Source: Chitinophagaceae bacterium
GTDB taxonomy: Bacteria > Bacteroidota > Bacteroidia > Chitinophagales > Chitinophagaceae
Length of the DNA stretch: 64,000 bases
Direction: 5' to 3'
NCBI GenBank assembly: GCA_035298945.1
Contig: DATGXN010000007.1
Span: forward strand, 1,479 to 65,478
This document shows positions 27,313 through 37,336 of this stretch, piece after piece. Position numbers and translations under genes: made by a program. Numbering within the stretch: position 1 is the first letter of the stretch; the number at the start of each line of letters is the position of its first letter. The notes under the pieces were generated by a model, which saw nothing but the letters and a program-made list of their open reading frames with translations, searched no databases and was not told the origin of the DNA.

Positions 27313-29037
27313 ATGAAACGCATTATATTTTTTCTGGTATTCATCACCGTTAGTGCTGCAATAGCCGCACAAACTCCTGATCAGTTGTTCAAAGCTGCGG
27401 GATCGCCTGTCAATCCGAAGGTTGCTGCCAGTTGGAACAGGTACAATGACCACGCAGGGATCACCGAGATCCTGAAGAAAATAGAAAAAGCCTATCCAGG
27501 GCTTGCAAAATTGCAATCAATTGGGAAATCTTATAAAGGCAGGGATATCTGGTGCATCACAGTTACAGATTTTTCCAAAGGTGACCCCGATAAGAAGCCC
27601 GGCATGTATATAGATGGCAACATCCATTCAAATGAAGTACAGGGCGCGGAATTTGCTCTTTATACGGCCTGGTATCTGACCGAGTCATTTGCAGATACTA
27701 AATTCATCCAGCAGCTACTCACCGACAAAGTTTTTTATATCGTACCAACTATTAATCCCGATGGCCGGGACTCTTATTTTCATGAGCCCAATACGGCAAG
27801 TACACCGCGTTCAGGTGTGATCCCGGTGGATAACGACAGGGATGGTGCCATTGATGAAGACGGGTATGATGATCTGGATGGTGATAATGAGATCCTGCTG
27901 ATGAGAAGGAAGAATCCAAATGGTCGATACCGCATCGATCCGGCTGATCCCAGGCGAATGGTGCAGGTAGGCAACGATGAAAAAGGTGAATATGAAATGC
28001 TGGGGCTGGAAGGTAAGGACAATGACGGAGACGGAATGGTGAATGAAGACGGGTACACATTTCAGTACGATCCAAACCGTGACTGGGGCTGGGGCTGGCA
28101 GCCTAATTATATTCAGAACGGTGCGTACAAATATCCATTCTCACTCCCGGAGTCAAGGGCAGTGATGGAGTTTGTGATGAAACATCCAAATATAGCTGCT
28201 GCACAGTCTTATCATAATGCAGGAGGAATGATACTTCGGGGCCCTGGTGATCCAACAGACCAGGTGACTTATAACTCAGCAGATATCCAGGTCTACGATG
28301 CGATCGGTAAAAAAGGCGAAGAACTGATACCGGGATACAGATACCTGGTGGTGCATAAAGATCTTTATCCCGCTTATGGCGGAGAACTGGATTGGTTTTA
28401 CGGCGGCAGGGGAGTATATACATATTCCAATGAATTATGGACGCCCTACCAGTTCTTTAATAGAGATGCAACAAGGGACGCGCAAGACAATACATCATTC
28501 ACATTCGACAGGTGGCTGTTATTCAAAGATGCATTTGTAGACTGGCATGAATTTGATCATCCGCAATATGGAAAAATTGAGATAGGTGGGTTTAAGAAGA
28601 ATTTCGGAAGAGCTCATCCCGGTTTCCTGCTGGAAAGCGATGCCCATAGGAATATGGCATTCACCATCTACCATTGCTACCATACGCCGAAACTGAATGT
28701 AGATACCATTATGGAGAAAGATCTGGGTGATGGTCTGAAGCAGGTTACTGCCGTGATCTCCAATAGCAGGCTGATGCCAACGCACTCCAGCCAGGACCTG
28801 AAGTTCAGGATCGAAAGGCCCGACATCATTTCACTCGCTGGTGCAAAAGTTGTAGCGGGTATGGTGGTCGAAAATGCCGATCTCAATATCAGCACTGAGC
28901 AAAAGAACGATCCCGCTAACATACAGGTCAGGAATATCCCTGGACTTGGTGCAGTTACCGTAAGGTGGATCGTGCAGGGAGGCGGAAAATATACGGTCAC
29001 TGTGGATAGCAGGAAAGGAGGGAAAATAGTTAGATAG
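27313..29037 (+). CDS. M14 zinc carboxypeptidase, catalytic residues intact
   Basis: GNIHSNE, INPDGR, NRD, SYHN, SNELW. Confidence 0.85.
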   Translation: MKRIIFFLVFITVSAAIAAQTPDQLFKAAGSPVNPKVAASWNRYNDHAGITEILKKIEKAYPGLAKLQSIGKSYKGRDIWCITVTDFSKGDPDKKPGMYIDGNIHSNEVQGAEFALYTAWYLTESFADTKFIQQLLTDKVFYIVPTINPDGRDSYFHEPNTASTPRSGVIPVDNDRDGAIDEDGYDDLDGDNEILLMRRKNPNGRYRIDPADPRRMVQVGNDEKGEYEMLGLEGKDNDGDGMVNEDGYTFQYDPNRDWGWGWQPNYIQNGAYKYPFSLPESRAVMEFVMKHPNIAAAQSYHNAGGMILRGPGDPTDQVTYNSADIQVYDAIGKKGEELIPGYRYLVVHKDLYPAYGGELDWFYGGRGVYTYSNELWTPYQFFNRDATRDAQDNTSFTFDRWLLFKDAFVDWHEFDHPQYGKIEIGGFKKNFGRAHPGFLLESDAHRNMAFTIYHCYHTPKLNVDTIMEKDLGDGLKQVTAVISNSRLMPTHSSQDLKFRIERPDIISLAGAKVVAGMVVENADLNISTEQKNDPANIQVRNIPGLGAVTVRWIVQGGGKYTVTVDSRKGGKIVR

Positions 29038-29073
29038 AGAGATGGAGAATTAGAAAGAATAAATCTCTTAGAT

Positions 29074-29727
29074 ATGCGATACTTTATTTTTTTGATCACG
29101 GCATTGGGAATTTCAACTGCAGCATATACGCAAGAGCTGAGGATCTCTTCAATTCCCTTTCCCATGTACTGGCATAACACCCCACGGTCTTTTAGCATAA
29201 AAGATAACGTGCTTACCATTGTTTCGGGCGAAAAAACAGACATGTTCCGGGATCCCAACGTCACCTATAATACTGACAATGCGCCCAAGCTCATGTTCAG
29301 GCCAGACGATAACTTTGTGCTGTCTTCAGCCATCGAACATAGTTTCAGCAGTAAATGGGATGGAGGTGCCATTGTATTCAGGGCAGACAGCCTGAACTGG
29401 GTCAAGTTTTGTTTTGAAAAAGACTATACCGGTGCCAGGAGAGTTGTTAGCGTGGTTACTAAAGATATTTCGGACGACTGTAATTCAGTGGAGATCCCAT
29501 CAAACAAGGTGTATTATAAGATCGCCAAAGCAGATAATGTGATCACTTTGTACTATTCTGCCAACGGCTCAAAATGGTACCTGGTGCGGCATTTCCAGTT
29601 CAACGCAAAAGGACCCTTTGAATTGGGATTTCTTTCCCAATCACCAACAGGCAAGAGTTGCACAGTGAAGTTCAGCAACATAAAATATACTAACAGGAAG
29701 ATCAAAGATCCTTATGCAGGAGAGTGA
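29074..29727 (+). CDS. DUF1349 (ConA-like) domain protein
   Basis: TDMF.DP, NAPKL, WDGG, WVKFCFE, SVVT...SDD, QSP.G. Confidence 0.8.
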   Translation: MRYFIFLITALGISTAAYTQELRISSIPFPMYWHNTPRSFSIKDNVLTIVSGEKTDMFRDPNVTYNTDNAPKLMFRPDDNFVLSSAIEHSFSSKWDGGAIVFRADSLNWVKFCFEKDYTGARRVVSVVTKDISDDCNSVEIPSNKVYYKIAKADNVITLYYSANGSKWYLVRHFQFNAKGPFELGFLSQSPTGKSCTVKFSNIKYTNRKIKDPYAGE

Positions 29728-29737
29728 TTAGAAATAA

Positions 29738-30625
29738 ATGGAATACAGCATACTTGGCAACACATCCATGAATATCAGCCGGATCGCATTCGGGTGTATG
29801 TCGTTACATCCGGACTCTGCTGATAATGACAAACTTTTGATGGATGCAGTAGCAGGAGGCATCAATTATTTTGACACTGCTGATCTTTACAACAATGGTC
29901 TGAATGAGGAAATACTGGGAAGGGCTTTGAAAACCTGCAGGGCAGAAGTTTTTATCGCTACCAAAGTAGGTAATCAATTGCGACCGGATGGAAGCGGATG
30001 GGATTGGAATCCAACAAAAAAATATATACTTGAAGCCGCTGAAAAAAGTCTGCAGAGACTGCAGACGGATCATATTGATCTTTACCAGTTACACGGCGGA
30101 ACCATAGATGATCCTATCGATGAAACAATTGAAGCTTTTGAGCAATTAAAACAGCAGGGCAAGATCCGATACTATGGGATATCATCTATCAGGCCCAACG
30201 TGATCCGGGAATGGGTGAAGCGTTCTGGCATCAGCAGCGTAATGATGCAGTATAGTTTGCTCGACAGGAGGCCCGAAGAGGAATGCCTGCAACTGCTGTT
30301 GAAAAATAATATCGGGGTACTGGCTCGCGGTCCATTGGCCCAGGGCCTCCTGGTAACCAAGCCTGCTAAGGACTATCTTGGGAAAAATGCAGATGACGTA
30401 AAATCGATTGCTGCGGCTATGAATGGTCAGAAATCTCCTGCCTCCGCTTTGGCGCTGCAATATGTATTACATCATCCGGCGATCACAGCGGTAGTGGCCG
30501 GCATCAGAACAAATGCACAACTCCAGGATGCGCTGAAGGCAATCAGGCTGCCGCCTTTAACAGAAGAGATGTATAGTTGGATGCTGCAGATCTCATCTCC
30601 CAATTATTATACTGACCATCGCTGA
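29738..30625 (+). CDS. Aldo/keto reductase
   Basis: FGCMSL, YFDTADLY, ATKVG, LQTDHIDLYQLH, GKIRYYGIS. Confidence 0.9.
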   Translation: MEYSILGNTSMNISRIAFGCMSLHPDSADNDKLLMDAVAGGINYFDTADLYNNGLNEEILGRALKTCRAEVFIATKVGNQLRPDGSGWDWNPTKKYILEAAEKSLQRLQTDHIDLYQLHGGTIDDPIDETIEAFEQLKQQGKIRYYGISSIRPNVIREWVKRSGISSVMMQYSLLDRRPEEECLQLLLKNNIGVLARGPLAQGLLVTKPAKDYLGKNADDVKSIAAAMNGQKSPASALALQYVLHHPAITAVVAGIRTNAQLQDALKAIRLPPLTEEMYSWMLQISSPNYYTDHR

Positions 30626-31257
30626 TGCTGAAGGACAAAACCATCTTATTATTGCCGGTCGCTGGTGTGGTCATTTTCGTTGTGCTTTACCTGGTAGCAA
30701 CTTTATATTATCCTGGAGGATCGCAGGCGAACCATAACGACATTGGATTCAGCTGGACTAGCAATTATTGGTGTAATCTGCTTGATAAGACCGCTATAAA
30801 TGGTTCTGAGAATTCGGCCAGGCCTATTGCACTGACCGGAATGCTAGTACTGGTGATTAGCCTTTCGATTTTTTTCTTTGCAGTGCCTTTTGCCCTTGAT
30901 ATTCCTTCCCGCTTAAAACGAATGATCAGCTTTGCAGGCATAGCTTCCATGATGTCAGTGTTGTTTCTCGAGGTGGGTTCTCATGATTTTATACTCAATA
31001 TTGCCGGCGTTTTTGGCTTTGTTGCCTTTGGAGGCATAGTGTCAATTTTACTTAAAATGAAATGGTATGGGTTAGCGGTAAATGGATTTATTAATCTGTT
31101 TCTGGTTGCTGTCAACAATCTTCTCTATTATAATGCGGGTTGGATACATTTGCTGCCTTTGGTGCAAAAGATCACTTTTCTATGCTTCTTAATTTGGATA
31201 AGTTCGATATGTTTGAGGGTATACAGAATGGGCGCCAATGAGAGGTCCAAACATTAA
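30625..31257 (+). CDS. Multi-pass membrane hypothetical protein
   Basis: Five to six hydrophobic segments; YYPGGS, NYWCNLL, LPLVQKITF; coupled on both sides (TGATG, TAATG). Confidence 0.65.
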   Translation: MLKDKTILLLPVAGVVIFVVLYLVATLYYPGGSQANHNDIGFSWTSNYWCNLLDKTAINGSENSARPIALTGMLVLVISLSIFFFAVPFALDIPSRLKRMISFAGIASMMSVLFLEVGSHDFILNIAGVFGFVAFGGIVSILLKMKWYGLAVNGFINLFLVAVNNLLYYNAGWIHLLPLVQKITFLCFLIWISSICLRVYRMGANERSKH

Positions 31258-33104
31258 TGCTTTGTCACATGAAAAGAAATTCAAGACTAGTTACTGCCGG
31301 CTTCTTTATTTTTTTATTATTCCAGTCTCATGTTGTTCTGGCTCAGGGCATCAGTGCTTATGCCAAGAGTTCTTTCATGATACCGATGAGGGATGGTGTT
31401 AAGTTGTATACCGTAGTGTATACTCCCGTTTTTGAAGGTTCCTATCCCATACTCATAAAAAGGACGCCTTATGAAGCTGAAACAGGGAATGAATATGACC
31501 CGCTTAAAAATCCTTCCGAAAAAGATATGGCAGGTGAGGGTTATATTTTTGTTTACCAGGATGTAAGGGGTAAGTATAAGAGTGAAGGCAATTTCATTAT
31601 CCATGCACCCGTCACGCACACAAAGAAGGCTGGTTCGGTTGATGAAAGCACAGACACCTACGATACGATCGACTGGCTGGTAAAGAACATTAAAAACAAT
31701 AATGGTAAAGCGGGGATCTACGGTATCTCTTATCCAGGTTGGCTCGCACTGGTGGGTGCGGTTGATCCGCATCCCGCATTGAAGGCATCATCAGAGCAGG
31801 CTTGCATGGGTGATCTTTTCCTGGGCGACGATTTCCATCACAATGGCGCTTTCCGGCTTAGTTATGGATTTGAATACACCTATAGTTTGGAAAGCAATAA
31901 GGAAGGAATTGATTTCCCTTTCCCTCAATTCGATGTTTATAACTGGTATCTCAAACTGGGATCACTGAAGAATGTGAACGATAAATATTTCAAGGGGAAA
32001 ATACCTACCTGGAACAGTTTTGTGGAGCATCCAAACTATGATGGCTTCTGGAAGTCCAACTCCACCCTTGATTATGTAAGAGGTCCTGAAGTGCCACAAT
32101 TGCATGTGGGTGGCTATTACGACCAGGAAGATGTCAACGGTCCACAACTGATGTATGATCATATGGAGAAGAAGGACTCGGCGAACAGGAATTATATAGT
32201 CCTTGGCCCCTGGAATCATGGGCAATGGGCAAGGAGTAATGCGGAGAGCCTGGGTCAGATCAAATTTGACAGCAAAACAGGAGCAACATTTTTGAGTTTA
32301 CAGAAAAAATGGTTTGACTATTGGTTAAAAGGAGTTGGAGACGGCAAATTTGACGAAGCCAATTGCTTTCAGACAGGCTCTAACGTTTGGAAGAAATACA
32401 GCAGCTGGCCGCCCAGGGAAGCAGAAATAAAAAAACTGTATACACACGAAAACGGCACATGCAGCTTTAATAAACCTGGCTCTGAAAAAGGGTCTGTGAG
32501 TTATGTGAGCGATCCGGCAAAGCCGGTGCCCTACCGCGAATTGCCTATTGAAATGACCTATGGTTATGGGAGCCGATGGGGTAAATGGCATGTGGATGAT
32601 CAGCGTTTTGTGAGTACTCGTCCAGACGTGTTGGTATTCACTGCCGATAGCCTGACCGAGGATCTTACAGTTACCGGCAGTATCAAGGCGCATATTTTTG
32701 TTTCTACCACAGGTACTGATGCTGATTTTGTAGTGAAGCTGATTGATGTTTATCCTGATAAATATGGCAAGAATCTGTTGATGAGTGGGTATCAGCTTCC
32801 GGTGGCAATGGAAGTATTCAGGGGAAGATTCAGGAAAAGTTTTTCAGACCCCAGGCCATTTGTTCCCGGAAAACCAGAGGAGATCGTGATCGATCTGCAC
32901 CAGATCAATCATAAATTCCTGAAGGGCCATAAGATCATGGTGCAGGTACAGAGTAGCTGGTTCCCCATAATAGACAGGAACCCGCAGAAATTTGTGCCGA
33001 ACATATTTGAAGCTAAAGATTCAGATTTTATTAAGGCCACTCATACGTTGTATTGCAATAGCAAGCTGGCTTCTTATGTTGAGATGCCCCTGATGAAAGA
33101 CTAA
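31257..33104 (+). CDS. CocE/NonD-family (S15) hydrolase
   Basis: IPMRDGVKL, RTPY, QDVRGKY.SEG, GISYPG, GPWNHG, TDADFVVKL. Confidence 0.9.
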   Translation: MLCHMKRNSRLVTAGFFIFLLFQSHVVLAQGISAYAKSSFMIPMRDGVKLYTVVYTPVFEGSYPILIKRTPYEAETGNEYDPLKNPSEKDMAGEGYIFVYQDVRGKYKSEGNFIIHAPVTHTKKAGSVDESTDTYDTIDWLVKNIKNNNGKAGIYGISYPGWLALVGAVDPHPALKASSEQACMGDLFLGDDFHHNGAFRLSYGFEYTYSLESNKEGIDFPFPQFDVYNWYLKLGSLKNVNDKYFKGKIPTWNSFVEHPNYDGFWKSNSTLDYVRGPEVPQLHVGGYYDQEDVNGPQLMYDHMEKKDSANRNYIVLGPWNHGQWARSNAESLGQIKFDSKTGATFLSLQKKWFDYWLKGVGDGKFDEANCFQTGSNVWKKYSSWPPREAEIKKLYTHENGTCSFNKPGSEKGSVSYVSDPAKPVPYRELPIEMTYGYGSRWGKWHVDDQRFVSTRPDVLVFTADSLTEDLTVTGSIKAHIFVSTTGTDADFVVKLIDVYPDKYGKNLLMSGYQLPVAMEVFRGRFRKSFSDPRPFVPGKPEEIVIDLHQINHKFLKGHKIMVQVQSSWFPIIDRNPQKFVPNIFEAKDSDFIKATHTLYCNSKLASYVEMPLMKD

Positions 33105-33184
33105 TGAAGCGGGGAGAACTCCGTTCATAAAATATCCATTGTTAGTGCAGGTATTAAAGATTAATTTTTCTAAAACTTTACGTT

Positions 33185-33577
33185 ATGATGGAGAAATTAG
33201 GTGCTGATACCAATGCGCTCAACTGGTTTGAGATTCCCGTCACAGATATTGACCGCGCAGCAAAATTTTATGAAAGCATTTTCGGGATCAACCTCATGCG
33301 GATGGATATGATGGGTATGCAAATGGCAGCTTTCCCGTCAATGCCACCGAGATCCAGCGGAACCTTGGTAAAAAGCGCTCGACACAAGCCGTCTATGGAT
33401 GGCGCTGTGGTCTACCTGAATGGAAATCCGGATCTTCAGCTTGTTCTGGACCGTGTGGCGGCGGCAGGTGGACAAGTGGATCTGCCTAAAACGTTGATCA
33501 ATGAACAGGCTGGATATATGGCTTTCATCATAGACACGGAAGGCAACAGGGTGGGTTTGCACAGCGGTCATCAATAA
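33185..33577 (+). CDS. VOC/glyoxalase family protein
   Basis: NWFEIPVTD..RA.KFY, GGQV, A...DTEGN.VGLHS. Confidence 0.9.
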   Translation: MMEKLGADTNALNWFEIPVTDIDRAAKFYESIFGINLMRMDMMGMQMAAFPSMPPRSSGTLVKSARHKPSMDGAVVYLNGNPDLQLVLDRVAAAGGQVDLPKTLINEQAGYMAFIIDTEGNRVGLHSGHQ

Positions 33578-33580
33578 ATT

Positions 33581-34165
33581 ATGCCAATGATCAGGAATGT
33601 CAAAGTGATCAATACCGATGTACTCTCAGACAACTGGTATGTTCTCAGGAAAGTCACCTACAGTTATGAAAAGAATGATGGTTCGGTGCATATACAAGCA
33701 CGCGAGGCTTATGATCGTGGCAATGGTGCGACCATACTTTTGTATAACCGGGACAAGAGAACTGTCATTCTTACCAGGCAATTCAGATTGCCTACTTATC
33801 TCAATGGCAATGAAAACGGGATGTTGATCGAAGCTTGTGCAGGGTTGCTTGATAAAGATGATCCGGAGAACTGCATCAGGAGGGAAACCGAGGAAGAAAC
33901 CGGTTACCGGATCAGAGATGTTCGAAAAATATTTGAAGCCTATATGTCTCCGGGATCAGTTACTGAGATCCTTTATTTTTTCATCGCTGAATACTCCGAG
34001 TCAATGAAAGTGAATGCCGGCGGTGGAGTTGACCATGAGGAAGAAAATATTGAAGTGATGGAGGTCGATGCCGGCAAGGCGATTGAAATGATTTCAACAG
34101 GAGAGATCAGGGATGCTAAAACCATCATGTTATTACAATATCTCCGCCTGAACGGCATAGTTTGA
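33581..34165 (+). CDS. nudK: GDP-mannose pyrophosphatase (Nudix)
   Basis: LSDNWY.L, REAYDRGNGA, Nudix box AG...RRETEEETG, YMSPGSVTE, DAKTIMLLQY. Confidence 0.85.
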   Translation: MPMIRNVKVINTDVLSDNWYVLRKVTYSYEKNDGSVHIQAREAYDRGNGATILLYNRDKRTVILTRQFRLPTYLNGNENGMLIEACAGLLDKDDPENCIRRETEEETGYRIRDVRKIFEAYMSPGSVTEILYFFIAEYSESMKVNAGGGVDHEEENIEVMEVDAGKAIEMISTGEIRDAKTIMLLQYLRLNGIV

Positions 34166-34193
34166 AAAGACTAATTCCAACTATCTTCGCCGG

Positions 34194-35102
34194 ATGTTAT
34201 CCGTTGAAGGCATAGGCAGGAAGAAGGCTGATTCATGGATCCTCAGGAATATCAGTTTCAAGCAGGGGGAAGGCCAGCATATTGCCATTGCCGGAGAAAC
34301 TGGATCAGGGAAAAGTACCTTGCTGAAGATCATCGCCGGACTGATGCAACCTGATGAAGGCCGGGTGATCTATGAAGGTGAAAGAGTGTTAGGGCCTGAT
34401 GAACAATTGATCGCAGGCCATCCGAAAATTGCATTTCTTTCCCAACATTTCGAACTCCGGAATAATTACTGGGTGTACGAAGTTCTTGAGTATGCCAACA
34501 AGCTTTCTGAACAGGAGGCCAGGGAAATTTTTCATATCTGCCAGATCGACCATCTTTTAAAACGCAGGACCACTGAGCTCTCAGGAGGTGAAAAGCAACG
34601 CATCGCCACCGCGAGATTACTGGTGAACAACCCTACTCTGTTATTGCTTGACGAACCCTATTCTAATCTTGATATGATACATAAGCAGACCATGAAGCAG
34701 CTGCTTAATGATGTCAGCGAGAAGTTGGGGATCAGTTCAATTCTTGTTTCTCACGAACCGGCAGATATTCTTTCATGGGCAGATCATTTGATGTTGTTGA
34801 AAGACGGGGAGATCGTGCAGCAGGGTACCCCGGAGCATTTATACCGGAACCCTGTTAATGAATATGCGGCGGGATTATTAGGAAAGTATTATTTTATTCC
34901 TGGGCAGAATATTTTTGTTCGTCCGGAGAATATACATGTTGCAGATACAGGTATAGAAGCGACCATTAAAAGAAAAATATTCCTGGGCAGTTATTATGAA
35001 TATGAAGTGGTGACTGGAAATACGGAACTATCATTCTACTCTGACTCTGATCGGTACAGCCCGGGTGATCAACTTAAACTGACCTTGCAACGTACAAACT
35101 AG
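34194..35102 (+). CDS. ABC transporter ATP-binding protein (FbpC/PotA-like)
   Basis: GETGSGKS, LSGGE, LLLDEP, VSH; short C-terminal TOBE-like region. Confidence 0.9.
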   Translation: MLSVEGIGRKKADSWILRNISFKQGEGQHIAIAGETGSGKSTLLKIIAGLMQPDEGRVIYEGERVLGPDEQLIAGHPKIAFLSQHFELRNNYWVYEVLEYANKLSEQEAREIFHICQIDHLLKRRTTELSGGEKQRIATARLLVNNPTLLLLDEPYSNLDMIHKQTMKQLLNDVSEKLGISSILVSHEPADILSWADHLMLLKDGEIVQQGTPEHLYRNPVNEYAAGLLGKYYFIPGQNIFVRPENIHVADTGIEATIKRKIFLGSYYEYEVVTGNTELSFYSDSDRYSPGDQLKLTLQRTN

Positions 35103-35115
35103 AACCAACAAACTG

Positions 35116-35526
35116 ATGAAACAGTATTTATCCATGATTGCCCTGGTAGTTCGTGATTATGATGAAGCCATTGATTTTTATACCAACAAGCTGAATTTTA
35201 TTTTACTGGAAGACACAAAACTTTCTGAGACCAAAAGATGGGTTCGTGTTCAACCACCTGGGGGCGGATGCGGGTTATTGCTGGCCAAAGGCGTTGGCGC
35301 CGAACAGGAAAGCAGAATAGGCAATCAGACTGGTGGAAGAGTTTTTCTTTTTCTGCATACTGATGACCTGGATCGTGATTATAAGAATCTCATCGGTCAG
35401 GGTATAAGAATAGTGAGAGAGCCCAGCACAGAAGAATTTGGCAAGGTGCTGGTATTTGCCGATCTATATGGAAATCTCTGGGACCTGATCGAGCCCAGTG
35501 GATTTATGGAACAGTCAAAGCAATAA
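35116..35526 (+). CDS. VOC family protein
   Basis: LVVRDYDEAI.FY, KRWV.V.P, GNQTGGRVFLFL.TDD, DLYGN.WDLIEP. Confidence 0.9.
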   Translation: MKQYLSMIALVVRDYDEAIDFYTNKLNFILLEDTKLSETKRWVRVQPPGGGCGLLLAKGVGAEQESRIGNQTGGRVFLFLHTDDLDRDYKNLIGQGIRIVREPSTEEFGKVLVFADLYGNLWDLIEPSGFMEQSKQ

Positions 35527-36477
35527 TTTCTTAGTTGCCTTTATACCCTCTTCATCGGGAAGATAGTTTTCTTTGGGGTTCATCATCTTCAAAAAACCGC
35601 CTTCATATTCAATACCAACGTATCCTTTGAAAGCACTGGTCTTATTTTTTTCAACAATAGCCATGATCTTTTTAAAATCAGTTTCCTTACAGCTTCCATC
35701 TGCATTGAATTCATGCGTTTTTGCGCTGACACCTTTTGCATAAGGCATCAGCATTTCAACTCCTTTGTATTTATCGTACTCTGCCACCACGGTAGTTTTC
35801 GCATAGGCTTCCATAGTTGCCGCTTCGGGCTTCGAACGCCTGATGAAATTCCCAAAATCCGGAAGTGTGCCGGCATAGGGATTATTGACCTGCTTCATCA
35901 GCCTGGCAAGGTATTCAGGGTTATTGGTTGGGCCATTGTGATTTTCAACTATAACTCCCATGTCCATCTTCTGGCCAACAGAAACCAGTTTGCCGTATCC
36001 TTCAAGAGCCGCATCAAAGATCTGCTCATCAGTTCCATCACCATCAATATTGACACGGATAGAATGACAACCCAGAAATTTTGCTGCTTCTATCCACCTG
36101 GTATGATTGTCTATCGCTTTCTGTCTTAGCGTTGGATCGCTGGCACCGAGATCACCTTCCATATCGATCATGATCAGCACGTTTCGTACGCCAAGATCTC
36201 CAGATCTTTTTTTCAGTTCAGCCAGGTATTTTGAATCAGAGACTTTGTCTTTGAAAAACATCGATACGTATTCCACTGCTTCGATCCCAAAATCATTTTT
36301 TGCTTTAGCCGGAAAATCAAGTGTATCCATTTTTTTAGTGAAGAAGGATGGAGCCAGGGAGAATTGGGCCAGGGAGATCTTATAAAAAGAGGCGAGAGGA
36401 GAGAGGATAGAGGCAGGAATGGTCATTGCCGCAGTTGCTTTGACAGATTGCTTGATAAAGTACCGTCTGGTGGTCAT
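35515..36477 (-). CDS. Tat-exported sugar-phosphate isomerase/epimerase-like TIM-barrel protein
   Basis: TRRYFIK Tat motif; ISLAQ.S, VENH, LPDFGNF, VSAK, IEYEG. Confidence 0.85.
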   Translation of the reverse strand: MTTRRYFIKQSVKATAAMTIPASILSPLASFYKISLAQFSLAPSFFTKKMDTLDFPAKAKNDFGIEAVEYVSMFFKDKVSDSKYLAELKKRSGDLGVRNVLIMIDMEGDLGASDPTLRQKAIDNHTRWIEAAKFLGCHSIRVNIDGDGTDEQIFDAALEGYGKLVSVGQKMDMGVIVENHNGPTNNPEYLARLMKQVNNPYAGTLPDFGNFIRRSKPEAATMEAYAKTTVVAEYDKYKGVEMLMPYAKGVSAKTHEFNADGSCKETDFKKIMAIVEKNKTSAFKGYVGIEYEGGFLKMMNPKENYLPDEEGIKATKKLLL

Positions 36478-36682
36478 ATTAACTAGTTAGGTGATTAAAC
36501 TGATCTATAAATTAAGGTTTTTAGTTACAGGCCGCTTATTTTGACCCCCGCTGGTCATTTTTTTAAGCCGTTTATCACAACTGGCAATTTTTTCAGGCGG
36601 CCGGTAATGACCTAAATGATTGAAATACAAGCCATTAAATTAAATAGACTACTATGCCACAGACGCTACTATTAAAAATCTT

Positions 36683-36703
36683 GTACTAGGTATTGCATAA
36701 TAC
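36683..36703. promoter_or_regulatory. Imperfect 21-bp palindrome, candidate PadR operator
   Basis: GTACTAGGTATTGCATAATAC matches its reverse complement at 14/21 positions; upstream of padR. Confidence 0.45.
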
Positions 36704-36960
36704 TAAATATTGCCTTAGTTTTACATCGTAATTGAGAATCAGCAGAAAAATTAAAGATCAGGCAGGAGATAATTAACAGGCAGGCAGGAAATGGATCAGG
36801 TGAATGAAGAACGAAAGAAGAGAAAACTAAAAGGCAGGAAATAAGGGCAGGGGGACTGGAAGGAAATATAAAAGACGAACAAAGATCAAACGAAGAACAA
36901 AAAAACAAAAGCCGGTCCCCCGGGGCTTAATTAAAAAAACAGAATTTAAAAACCAGAGAC

Positions 36961-37326
36961 ATGAACATTGAGAATACACAAAGCCAGATGAGAAAAGGAG
37001 TCCTGGAGTTTTGTATTCTCTCCATTATCAGGCGTGGTGAAGCTTATCCCTCCGACATTATTGAGGAGATGAAAAAAGCAAACCTGCATATCCTGGAGGG
37101 AACATTGTATCCATTATTGACCCGATTAAAGAATGCAGACTTCCTCACCTACCGCTGGGTAGAAAGCACAGGTGGTCCCCCGCGGAAGTATTTTTCCCTC
37201 ACAGACAAAGGAGCTGATTTTTACAAGGAACTTGAAGCGACCTGGCAGGAGATGGCTAATGCAGTACAGATGATCACGCAGAATGGATATCATACAGTAG
37301 AAGAAATACAACCAACTAATCAATAA
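36961..37326 (+). CDS. PadR-family transcriptional regulator
   Basis: QMRKG.LE.CIL, EGTLYPLL.RL, GPPRKY..LT. Confidence 0.92.
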   Translation: MNIENTQSQMRKGVLEFCILSIIRRGEAYPSDIIEEMKKANLHILEGTLYPLLTRLKNADFLTYRWVESTGGPPRKYFSLTDKGADFYKELEATWQEMANAVQMITQNGYHTVEEIQPTNQ

Positions 37327-37336
37327 ATCGCGAACA

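Noticed and set aside
35515-35526. 3'-end overlaps of convergent genes (also 61503-61506)
   Set aside because: Short convergent overlaps are ordinary in compact genomes; both partners look intact.
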